A stretch of DNA of 64,000 nucleotides from Chrysomallon squamiferum (lineage: Eukaryota; Animalia; Mollusca), in assembly GCA_012295275.1 (NCBI GenBank), contig CM022665.1:12710001-12774000 (forward strand). Direction: 5' to 3'. Shown here piece after piece: positions 40,701 to 54,000 of this stretch (positions are counted from its first letter, which is position 1; every line of letters begins with the position of its first letter). The notes under the pieces are model-generated. The model worked only from the letters and a program-made list of their open reading frames with translations, had not been told where the DNA came from and searched no databases. A program made the position numbers and the translations under genes.

Positions 40701-43700
40701 TCATTGATTATGATGAAAAAGGCTATGATCCAGAAGGTTATAACAGGTGGGTGTCAAAAATGTTAAATGGACATAATGTATCCTGGTAAATGTAATAAAT
40801 GTAGGTGATTGTTTAAAACTGGTATGGGATATTGAACATTGGTTAATGAGATCATTTAACTGAAACAAATATTTTACACTTATCATATGAAAAAAAGTAG
40901 AATAAAAATAAATTTTATAACATGAATTAAGCAATGTGAAATTAATTTTAAAATAATAATAACAATAATAGTAGTAATTTTTCTAACTTTTTATCATATT
41001 AAAATTTTTTAACAGTTGTTGGTTTTGAAAAATTATTAAAATTAAATACAGATGGTTTAGAATCAACTACTTAATATTGTGTAACATTCCAGTAGTTTTA
41101 ATTTTATATCATTACTATAAATTATGATAGTTAAGTAAATATTTTTTATTTTCACAGACTTTGTAATATTCCAGTAATAAAAATCATTAATATAAACTAC
41201 TTAGAAAAACAATGTCTTTATTTCAGAGCTGGATACAACTGCTATGGTTACAACAGAGAAGGTCTCGATATATTTGGTGTTTCTGCTGGATACGTCTACC
41301 ATTGTCGATCCATGATCTTCAACAAATGTCAAAGTCTGGAAGTTCCAGGACAGGTAGAAGTGGTACAGTTCAGTCGGGGAAAGCGATGCAGTGAAATTAA
41401 CTGTGGTGAAACTTGTGGCTGTATGTACAACAACAGAACCTATGAGATCGGAGAACAGTTTCAGTCTGGATGTCAGATCTGTACTTGTTCTCAGAATGGA
41501 GCTGTCTACTGCATCTGCAGCAATCCTGTGAAAAGAAAAGAAGTTCGTGAGATGACCAACATGGAATTGTGGAACTATCAGGTGGCCATTCGCAAACTTC
41601 AGACAGGTTATCCATCAAAATGGTGGTATTTTGCTGAGACATATGCAAATTACAAGCCTCAGGCTGTTGGTACTGATGCCTTCCTGCCATGGCATCGGTA
41701 TTTCTTATGGTATGTTGAGCAGGCATTACAGGAATATGATTGCTCTGTTTCAATACCATATTATGACTGGACAATCGATGTTGGTAAACCTGAGAAGTCT
41801 GTCATCTGGTCTGTCAATATGTTTGGAGGGAATGGTGAGAATTTGACAGAGTGTGTACAACATCATCCATTCAAAAAATACTTCCCTCCATATTTGACAC
41901 CTTGCTTGAGAAGACACTTTGATCTTAAGGTCCATCTTCCAGATCTTGTCAATGTTGAGCTTGCTCTCAGAGAGACAGAGTACAAGAGATTCAGAATTAA
42001 AATGGAAATATTCACAAAGCTTTTCCAGGCTTGGGTTGGTGGTCACATGAGCTCTGACCTCAGCCCATATGATCCCCTGTTTTACTCCTATATGGCTTAT
42101 ATTGATAAGCTTTGGGATGACTGGCAAGTTACCCACAAGGATGGTCTTCTTAGATATCCACAGAAGAAGAGATATCTTCCAATGGCACCCTTCAAAATAA
42201 CTCCAGACAATGTTATGGATCTTCGAATTCAGATGTGTGTTGAATATGTACCTCTTACTAAAGGTGCTATTTGCAATGTGACCGAAATTCGTAACTTTGG
42301 TTATGATGAGTTTGGATTTGACAGGCATGGCTACAACAGACAAGGCTATGACAAAGATGGTTTCACTGTTTTAGGATTTGATCTGGAAGGTAATCCTGAT
42401 ACCAGAGGAATATACAATGTCCTAGGATATGACAGACATGGATATGGAAGAGATGGATATGACATGAGTGGATTTGACAAATTTGGCTTCTATGTTGATG
42501 GATACAATCTAGATGGTTTTGATCCTTATGGCTATGACAGGATTGGATATGATAGATATGGGTTTAACAAACTTGAAGTTACTCCTTTTGGTTTCTTCAA
42601 GAATGGAAGCTACCTAGGACGACAAGAGGTGAATATCTCTCTGTTTGATAAATTTGGATACAACAAATATGGATTTAACAAATTTGGCTTTGACCGTCAG
42701 GGCTTTGATGTGTTTGGATTCAATTCAATGGGATATGACAGAAATATGTGCAACTACTACTATCCAGGACCCATGACTATCTTGGTGACTCGTTATATCA
42801 GAGACAAACTTAAGAAACCCGATAAAGACAAGCTATCAAAGATAAAAAGGATTTGCCCTCCAGTGACAAAGCTTGAAGACTGGCAGGTTATAACAAACTG
42901 GTTACACAGAGATGACCAAGTGGAGCTGATTGAGACAATAGAGAGAACGAGGAAGAAAGATCATGGTGTAGATACAGAGTACAGGCCTCGCATATCTAGT
43001 GTTACTGATGAGTTGATATGGGTACCTGTAGCACCCGATGAAAGGTAAAAGTTATATATGATATTAAGTAAAATTTATAACTGATGAAAGTAATTTTCAA
43101 AAGTGCTGAAAGTTAATTTTTGTAACTCATTAAAGGCCAATTTCATAACTGATGATATATAAATTTGTTTTTCTTTAGTGATAATTTTAAAGTAAAATAG
43201 TATTAATTCTTGGATCAGAATAAAATAAAGAATCACTGTGTTAAAAATTATGTTTTAATAAGTTATTATTAGAGTATATGCTCACACATTAAGCAAATGT
43301 GTCAAGTAATCATAACATGGCTGACGTTATTCCTTTTGTTTCAGTGTAACATTTGTGTTCTTTCATTTATTCTGCTTAATTCTAATTTATTTTATTATTA
43401 TTATTTTGATGTTTTTGTTATTATTAATTACTATTCATATTATAATTTTTTATTATTACAATTATTACTATTATTAATTGTGTTATTATTACTATTATGT
43501 TATTATTACAGTTATTATTATTATTGTTATTGTTGTTATTATTATTATATTAATCTGATCTATTTCATTTCACTAAGCATTCACACTTTACCAATTAACA
43601 TCATTGCTAGTGTTATTCAGATTCTGAAAATGTTTATTGAAGAATTACCTAACAATAAACAATGTGTATTAATTTCAGTTTGTGTATTGTGACTCATGCC

Positions 43701-46700
43701 TACGATGTGTGTCCTATTGACATGCCTGAAGTTTTGTGTACAGAAAATCTGTGCAAAGGAAGAAGTTGCCCAGGTAATTTTAAAAAGTTTTTATTTCATG
43801 TGTTTTTTATTTATAGTTAATATATAATTTATACTATTACTTTTTGCTTTCCAAAGGTGTAGTCATTATATTTTGTTTTAATTATAAACAATGGAAATAA
43901 TACAGTTTACCTTTTTTTTTTTTTTTTTTTTTAATCTTTTTTTGAATCACACATAAAGTTTTCTGAAAGTGTATTTAGTAGATTTGGGTTAAAATATTAA
44001 CTATTTAAAAACTTGGATATCATAAAATTTTAAATCTAATCTGTGCATACATTTTATATGCAATTATCTTAAGATTAAAATTACATAGAGTGTTTTTAAA
44101 GGTTTACTTTTGTTTAGATAGAAAAATGTTGCAATAGTACTATGTCATTAACATCCTTTCTTTGTCCTTTTTGAAATTTTATTATTACAAATTAAAAAAG
44201 GAAAAATGAAGTACCTATACTTTCATTAAAAAACATTTGAAGCAATAATAGTTTTTGTGGGAAATCTTTTCTTTTAAATGAGATTTATTTTTTTGTTTTT
44301 TTTCTGTTTTTTGTTGTAAATGTTTAACTTACTTTTAATTTAAAGAAATATATATTTTGTTCTCAGTGGTCCAAAATATTAAAGATTTGTATTGAAAATA
44401 TAGAACATCGCTGATGAAAAACCAAAATCTTTGATTACAACCAAGGCCAAATATTTAGAAATTAAAATGACTTGTTTCTGTTTTTACAGATCATCCCAAT
44501 GCTGTTTGTAGAACTAGTAGTTGTGGAAGCTGCCATTTTGAGTGGTATGAGGGAACTCTGGGAACTCTTCTTAACTGTTCAGGTAAAGCCAGTAAAATTA
44601 TTGTAGTATAAAAAGCAAAAGATATTTCAAGTAAAGTCCAAATGTAATACATATTTTTGTAATACTAATATTTATATTTACATATTCATTATTTTACTGC
44701 AGGTTGCTATGACAATCGTGTTCAATTCAGGAATGAAGGAGAGACATGGAAGAATGAAAAATGTGAAACTTGCATTTGCCAGGTTAAACATTGTTTTTAT
44801 AACATTCCTTGAATAGTATCCATAGTGATTAATATATATATTCTTTCTTTTTAAATATTGAGCTTTATGTTAACATGCCAAGTCCTCAAATAATGTAAAC
44901 AGATATTTATTAATTGTGTGGCATACAAAGTTGATGTTGTTGGTAAATTTATGAAAACAAATGTCCAAAAATCATTTCAAATTTTTGTCAGTATGTTTAT
45001 AGAATTAATATAAAGTTTGTGATCGTTTTCCAATTTTTTTAAAAAACTATAATAATAATACAATATCAGTGTTTTCAGAAAAGTCTTTTTTATTTTTTAT
45101 ATAAAACATCAAGATATTATAGGGAATGTAAAATTTTGCATTAAAATAATTTCATTTTTGTATATATATATATACATATATATATTTATTTTTTTAATTA
45201 TTTTCAGAATGGACTGGTAGAATGCAAATTAATAAAATGTAAACCAGTCTACTGCCTGCATCCAATTAGACCACCTCGAGAATGTTGTGTTAACTGTGAT
45301 CGTAAGTTACTGTTACTTGTAATTATTAATTTCAAATAAACTAAGACTATCAAATCACAGTATTTATTATAACAGTATTTTTTGCTTGCTACAGATGAAA
45401 AACACATGTCTGCAATGTGACATTTGAATTATCCAGAGCATATCTTCATTATTACATGCATGCCTTAACTACATGGATTAGGCATGTTAATGTATTTATT
45501 TTTATAAAATTTCATGCTTAAAATACATTAAATTATTTACAGTACTGAAATCATTTTTGACCTAAATGGAAATATATGAAGTTATCTTTGCTAACTAACT
45601 TATTAATTAATTAACTTATAGAAGGAAGTGTTGCTGTACTTAATTTTCTTGATGAAAGCTTTAAAACTGAGTTTCAGGAATATATTAAATCTTTTCATTT
45701 TTTATGTATGAATCAATGAATTTCACCATATCTGTTAGTATTTAAATTAATATTTTAAAATTGTTTTGGTGTTTATTGAAAGCTTTTTTTTAAAATTAAA
45801 GCTTGCTTTTTGTGAACTGTTTTTTTTCATATGTAAAACAAAATTATTTTAATGTTTTTATTTGTTTTAACTTTTATTTAATATTTTAAACAAAATTCTA
45901 ATTCTTTTTTTATTGTCATATTTTTATTTAAAAATTACCTATTGTGTTTTATTAAAATACTGTTTTATTTTAATATTTGAAAAAAAATATATATTGTTTT
46001 CTTTTCTTTTAAATTTTCTTTTGATATTTTAAAAATATACTTTCATCTTAATATTTTCTCAAAATATTATATTATTTTATTTGCTCATTTTAAAAATTAT
46101 ACTTTGTACAGGTGGATGCACTTACCAAGGTAAATTGTACCCAACTGGTACTACATTTGATGATGATCGGGATCCTTGTATCCACTGTATTTGTGACCGA
46201 GGCAATGTCACATGTCGAGCTGAACCCTGTCCCAAACTTCAGTCATGCAAAAGTCCATTCACAAGTCCAGGCAGCTGTTGTCCAGTCTGTATGGACTGTG
46301 GGGATAGAGTAAATGGTTCTGAATGGAACCCAACTCCGTGTCAGAAATGTATCTGTATTGTAAGTATCTGTATATTTGATTTCTAATTATTTAAATTAAA
46401 TTTAATGTTTCTGTAATGTATCTACATGTATATATTTGTTTTTCAGAGTAAAAGTATCTTTTTAAGCTAGAAAGCTTTATAATAAAGAAATATTACTGAA
46501 ACTATAAAAGGAATTTTCATGTTACTGCAGATTATTTTTTCTTGATTTAAAATAAAGAATTATCTATATCTGAAGTAATGTTCAGTGGACTGAGCAATCA
46601 TTTGTTTATATTTTGTTTATCTGTATGTTTTTATAAAGTTTACTTTGATCAACTTAAAGACAATATGTAAAAAACATTTTTTGTTAACTCATGTTAAGTC

Positions 46701-47995
46701 ATAACAATAATTTTCACAACCATTATTTTGAAATACGTAATCTTCTGTATTTATAATTGTGCTTACCAGCCCAGCAATTTATCTGAATTTAAATTTTTTA
46801 AAGTATGTTTATTTGTCTTTGATTATCTAGAATGGTGCTGTTCAGTGTGAGAGACTGACTTGTCCTCGACCACAGTGTGAACATCCATACACACCAGAAG
46901 GAAAGTGTTGTCCTGTTTGTGTGGGTAAGTAATAATTTTGTGTTCAACTACAATTAAACAGCCAGTGTAATGGGTCAACATTATTATAATTAAAATTATT
47001 TAATTGTTGTTGTTTTTTTTTGGTAGGAAATTGCAAATTGCCAAGATTACCTTATAGACTATCTTTACCAATTACAGTTAATTCAGTTGTACACCAAGTG
47101 TAAATCACAACATGTAATTTGCCCATAGAAAGTAACAATCAAAAAGGACATCAATTAATTAATTAACAGTGTGATCAGTCATATCTCTTGATTATTTATC
47201 TTTGCAGCCTGTTTCTATCAAGGAACAATCTATCAAGATGGAGAAGACTTCCAACCAGACACCTGTACATCTTGTCACTGCGTCCATGGCAATGTGAACT
47301 GTGTCACTGTAGACTGTCCTGTAGTAACATGCAGCAATCCTATAACACCTCTTGGAAAGTGTTGTCCTGTATGCAATAGTGGTAAGATATTTATAAACAT
47401 ATATTTTTAATTAATACTAGTTATACAGAGCCTTTGTTGCAAAAGTTGTGGAGCACTGGTTGGAATGATAAACAGCTCAATGTATATCCACCAAGAAGGA
47501 TTGATCTTAAGACCCCCAGTATATGTTGAACAGTTGCTCTACCATTGAATTATAGTTATTAAGGATTAACTGTATAAGTTACTTTACTGGAACTTTATTA
47601 ACTTTTGATACCGAGTAACCAATGATGTTATAATGTACTGATACGTCATCAAATGTAACAAAATATAAATTATATTTTCAGACTGTGATTATGACATGAG
47701 GAAATACGCCCACAACACATACTTCTTCCCCAGCTACAACCCTTGTTTGAACTGTTCCTGTTTCAACTCACTGGTGAGGTGTCACTCTGTCCGCTGTCCC
47801 CCCATTAAGCTCCCTTGTACACATCCTGTCAGAAGACTTGGAGAATGTTGTCCCTCTCACTGTCCAAGTAAGTTATCAACAACATCATCATCATCATCCC
47901 AATGTCATCATTATCAACTTCATCACAGTAACCATCATCATCATCATTCTCATTATCACCATCTTAATCATTACACCCCCCTCATTATCACCATG

Positions 47996-48041
<46 letters not shown>

Positions 48042-51000
48042 AAAATTGTTTGTTTTTCATATCACTATTTATTTATTTATTTATTTATTATTGGTATTAA
48101 CATGACTAGTAGAATTAGCAATAATGGTGATGGCAGTACTAGTAGAAGTAAATTGTGTGAAAAGCATATACTACAAGATTTTACAAGTAATTGTATACTG
48201 TTGTTTTCATTTTTGTTGTTTTGTCTGAACACTATTTATCACAAGTTTAATTGCTAAAAGAAACAAATATATTTGATTTTACATATTTTTCGTTAATTAA
48301 TCAAATTTTATATAAACTAACAGAACCCACTTAACATTTATTTACATTCAGCAGTACTTTATTATTTAAAAACATACATTTACATTCTTTTATTGATAAA
48401 GAATTTCACATTTTTAATAATTTGCTGTTATTGTTTTTATTACAGAATGTACTCACAATGGTGTTGAGTATGACGATGGTGAGACATGGTCACCACGTGG
48501 TAGTAGTTGTCAGGTGTGTGAGTGTCATGATGGCCTTGTTACTTGTCGTACACGACAGACATGTTCACTTGAATGTACACATGGAGTAGTGAGACGCGGA
48601 GACTGCTGTTCTCCATGTACAGGTAAAAAATATAATATTTACTTATTAAAAATATTAATGTGAGATTAATTGTGTTTGTACGAGATTATTTATTGTTGTT
48701 GTTTGTTTATTTATTATTTTTTGTTGTTAATTATTATTATTTCTATACTATTACTACTACTACTACTACTATTGCTCTTTTTATTATTTTATTTATTTAT
48801 TTTTTTTTGGTTTTATCATTATCTAATTTTTAAAACTAAATTTAATATAAATGATGTTACTGTAATGCAAAAATAATTAGGTGAAACATTAAAAACATTT
48901 ACAAGAGATGTTTTACAAAATAATTTTCAAAACATAATGGGATTTTCTTAAGATCATATATTGAACCTTTTTGAATCATCACATTTTGTACAGTAATAAT
49001 GTATTGGTATTTACTCCATATTTAATACTATACAGATTATTTTTAACTTTTCAAAATCATTCATGTAACTACGACATTTACTTCATCTTCAGATTGCCTT
49101 TACAACAGTCGTATCATTGGTGATGGTAAAAGTTTCATACGGGCTGGTACACCATGTCAACAGTGCCGTTGTCTTCATGGCAACATTGAGTGTCACATAG
49201 TGGAACACTGTCCCAGACTGCCATGTACTGTAACTGAGACTTTGCCAGATCATTGCTGTCCTCAATGTAGAGGTTTGTTTATAAATAAAAGATGTATAGT
49301 AAGACATATATATCTATGTATACATTAATATACATACACCAAATGTATAAAACTGGCACACACAAATGCACACACCTACACATATTAACACACACACACA
49401 CACACACACACAGATACACATATATACAAACAAAAAGAAAACTGATGCAGACACATATTTAAATCTTTATTTTTGGTTTTTATTTTTGGATGGTGGGTAG
49501 GTGGGGTGTTTTATCGATCACAGGATTATTTCGTCTAAATATGACCACAGTACCATTTCCCATTCCAGGCAGTGCCCCCACAGCAGGTTTATCAATGCAG
49601 TGGTATATGTTTTCCTGTTTATGGGAAGTGCATGTTGAATATCTCTAATCAAAAATGAATAAGCTATCACCCATCATTTCTCATAATCTGCAAGGTCATC
49701 AGAAAGAATTATGATGCCATATAATATTACAAATGTGTTAAGAGCTTTGTTATATGAAACGTTTCTTCCATTAATACAGGCTGTGATTACAAAGGTCGTC
49801 ACTACCAACATGGAGAAGCTGTATCTAGAGACAGGTGTTCCAGGTGTGTTTGTAAAGAAGGTGAGAGAAATACATACCTGTACTATACCTACAGAAATAC
49901 ATATTTTTCATTGCTGTCACATTTAAAATGCAGTTGCTAAACACTGGTTACCAATATATATTTTGTCTTTGCCCAGACAATCCAGTCTTAAATTTTTGTC
50001 AAGCAACCCTAAATTGAAAATCTGAAAAATATTATTTCTAAATATTTTTCATTTATTATTATTTTTATGTAATGAAAACTATTTTATGTTGATGATAATG
50101 CTATATTGCTGAACAAAAACATATTTTAAAATCCTTGACCCTGATGAATGTTTCCAAACATGGTCTGCATAAAAATAATAGTCTTCATTAATTAGACAAT
50201 TTTATTATTATTATTTTTCTTTATGTAATTTATTTCATTAATAATTAATAATTTTCTTTTTCGTTAAAGGCCAGATTTCTTGTGAACAGGTCAATTGTCC
50301 AAAATTGCGCTGTACTAATCCAGTTCCTGTAGAGGGTCAGTGCTGTCCAGTGTGTACTAGTTGTGATTACTATGGCCGGACTTATGATGATGGTCAACAG
50401 TTTGGGTCAGAGAGAGATCCTTGTCAAATCTGTGTCTGTCAGGTAAAAAACAAAATTTCTTTTTACTCTTTACAAAACAAAAATAAAATAGTGAAGAAAA
50501 GAACCCATGTTGATTTTCTTTTTTAATTTAAGCATTACATATTTTCTTCTCAAAATTATACATAAATATTGGTGAAAATGTGACAATTGAAAATTGATCT
50601 TTCCAGTTAATGTTTTTCTTTTAATTTCGTGTAATATTTTTAAAACAAATTTTCATGATAATATTTTTCTTTCCACCTTCATCATACAGCCTGTTTAAAT
50701 TTAATCATAAAATAAAATATTTTATACATACATATATGTATGTTTTTTTTTTTTTTTTTGACATATATACCTGTATTTTGAATATATACAAATATATATA
50801 TAAAAAAAATATATCTTTAGAAGCATTTGTTTACAGAAGGGGCAGGTAACTTGCCATAGCAGAGAACAGAATTGTCCTCCAACTCCATGTACACACCCTG
50901 ACCGTGTTCGTGGTCAGTGCTGTCTCCGATGTGACAACTGTCTGTATGAAAGAAGACGATTAAGAAATGGACAACAGTTTTCACCTGACAACGATCCATG

Positions 51001-54000
51001 TCACATATGTACCTGCAAGGTGTGTTTTATCTATAATAATTCCATTAACTGACATTAATCATTCACAAAAAAAAAAAAAAAAGAATTTCAAAATACCAAA
51101 AATGATAACTTATAAAATAGAGACACTACTTACGGTATAATAAGAGATATGCATGTAATGTGTGAAAAGATTAAATTTTTCTCTGTGTTGAAATATGTTT
51201 CAGGACGGATCTGTGAAATGTGGAAGGAAGGAATGTCCGGAGGTGAACTGTCTGAACCCTGTGGTTCCTCCAGGAAGGTGCTGTCCAGTCTGCAGTTCCT
51301 CTTGTCAGATGGATGGACAAGAGTATCAGGATGGGGAGAGGTTTCCTGATATGAAGGATGACTGCTCTATATGTACTTGTAACGTGGGTGTTATATTTCA
51401 CTGTCTGATTATCTCTGTCACTTCTTCTCTATAATATGTGTCTGTCTATTTTTTTGTTTCTTGCTCTTTGACTCTGTCTCTCTTTACCTCTCTTATCCAT
51501 TCATCCATCCATCAACAGTTAATAAGTCTGTCATATTTCATCCTTTGTTTCATCCTTCTTTCATCCTTTTTATAACTTATTTATTATTTATTTTTCAGGA
51601 TGGAGACATTAGCTGTCAGATGAAGCCCTGCCCCACATTATTGTGTTCCCACCCAGCCAAACTGCCAGGTGACTGCTGCCCTAACTGTGACTTCTGTCTG
51701 CTGGACAGGAGAATTTTCAGGAACATGCAGAGATTCATCCACCCAGATGACGTGTGCCAGGAGTGTGTGTGCAATGTAAATGAATATAATAAAAATAATA
51801 ATAGTAGCAATAATAATAATAATAATTGTAATAATAATAATAATGACAACAATAATAATATAGTAATAAAAATAAGAAAGTCAGAATGATATAGTAATAA
51901 TATTAAGAATTATAATAATAGTTGATATGATGATTATAATAAAATAATAGTGATATAGTAAAAAATATTTATTAATAATAATAATAATAATAATTTTTTT
52001 TTTTTTTGTGTAAATAAAATCTACAAGTAGTTGTCATAATATTACTCGTAAGACAAAAACAGTTTAAAATTAAAAATTTATAAATTATAAATTACATTCT
52101 TGTCATCAGTTTTTAATGAAATAACAAATTAAGAACATTGCTCTAAATTATATAACAGTATCACTTATTAATTAAATATTTATAAAAATTAAAAATACTT
52201 ACATGTTTATATTCAGAGGGGCTCCATAGTGTGCACAAAAGTAAACTGCCCAGCCTTACCCTGCAGCCAGCCAATGCCTATGCCTGGATCATGCTGTCCA
52301 GTGTGTCCAAAGCGCTGTACATATGGTGGTCTGTCATATGAAGATGGACAGACATTTAAAAGCCCACGTGACAAGTGTGAGGAGTGCCTTTGTTTGCAAG
52401 GCCGGGTCCAGTGCAAGAAAATGAAGTGTCCAGTTTCTACTTGTACAAATCCTGTAGAAAGAAACTGCTGTCAGATTTGTGAAGGTGAGACAAATTGTAA
52501 ACCTAACAGGATTTTTTCAAATTGTCATGTTTATTAACTATTATACACTGGTGATAGAGCAAAATTTCAAGATTATATCATAGGCCAAAACCAGTATATA
52601 AATTTTTTTTTTTTTCCCTTCAGACTGCTTCTACAAAAACCAGGTATGGAAAAATGGAATGAAGTTTCAGGATCCTCAAGATTCATGTACCAAATGTAGA
52701 TGTCAAAATGGAAATGTCTGGTGTGAAAAGGTGAACTGTCCACAGGTTTTCTGTCAGAACCCTGTCAGAGAGGGGTGCTGCCCTGTATGCAACAACTGTG
52801 AATATGAGGGCAGGCAGTACAACAATGGTCAAACCTTTTCAGTTTCAAATGGATGCAGAGTATGTACATGCAATGAAGGCACTGTGGAATGCAGGAGTTC
52901 CCTGTGTGCAGCTGTTTCATGCAAGCATCCTGTTCAAGGGCAGTGCTGTAAGGAATGTAATGACTGTCTTTATTTCAAAAGACGTTATGCTAACCATCAA
53001 AGATTCACCAATCCAAGAAACAGATGCCAGGAATGTGTCTGTGATGATGGAACAGTGAGGTGTTCTATGAAACTGTGTCCATCTGTTACTTGTAAGAACC
53101 CCAGACAAGGAGAATGTTGTCCTGAATGTACTGACTGTCAGTACAAAGGCAGGACTATAAGAAATGGACTGAGAATCCCTCATGAGACTGATCCTTGTAA
53201 AGAATGCATCTGTCGAGGAGGTAATGTGGAATGTTTCAAACGACAGTGTCTTAATGCAATATGTCGCAACCCTGTTAAGAGGAGATGTTGTCAGGAGTGT
53301 TCTGACTGCATGTACAATGGCAGAGAGTACAAGAACAGAGAACGGTTCTCTGATCCTACAGACAAGTGTAAAGTGTGTCAGTGTGTCGATGGTAATGTAG
53401 AATGTTCTGCCAAGACTTGTCCTCAAGTCCGATGTTCCAATCCAGTTCAAGGAGCATGCTGTCTGGAATGTTCTAAGTGCATGTACACAAATACTGTCTA
53501 CACAGATGGACAAGATTTCCCTCATGAATCAGACCCTTGTCAAACATGTTCCTGTCACAATGGAAATGTCATCTGCAAGAAGCTCAGCTGTCCAAACATC
53601 ATATGTTCTCACCCAGTTCAAGGTCGTTGCTGTCCTGAATGTGGAGGTGACTGTTTCTTTGAGAGGAGGTTGTATAAGAATGGGGAGAAGTTTCAGAAGG
53701 ATTGTAAAGTGTGTACTTGTGTGGACGGCAGTATGAGGTGTTACCCAAAGTACTGTCCAAAGGTTACATGTTCCAATCCCGTCATCAAAGATTGCTGTCC
53801 TGTTTGTGATGACTGTATGTTTGAAGACAGACATTTTAAGAATGGACAGACCTTTCCTGATCTAAAAGATCCATGTAGTGAATGTTTCTGCAGGGTATTT
53901 TGTTTATTTTACTAAAAAAAAAAAAAAAAAAAATTAATATTGATTTTAATATTTTCTTTTTCTTTTTCAATTAATATGTGAAATTACTTCTCAACTGTAT

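Noticed and set aside
41750-42343. 197-aa minus-strand ORF (also 52917-53525, 53529-53834, 41397-41774)
   Set aside because: Antisense shadows of real plus-strand exons with no recognisable motifs
34594-43044. Hemocyanin functional units or stand-alone tyrosinase genes
   Set aside because: Both domains are embedded in one continuous spliced frame with EGF/Kunitz/vWC modules and lack the full His set
48595-48603. RGD integrin-binding motif
   Set aside because: It falls in the constrained G-x-CC position of a vWC repeat and occurs once; likely coincidental
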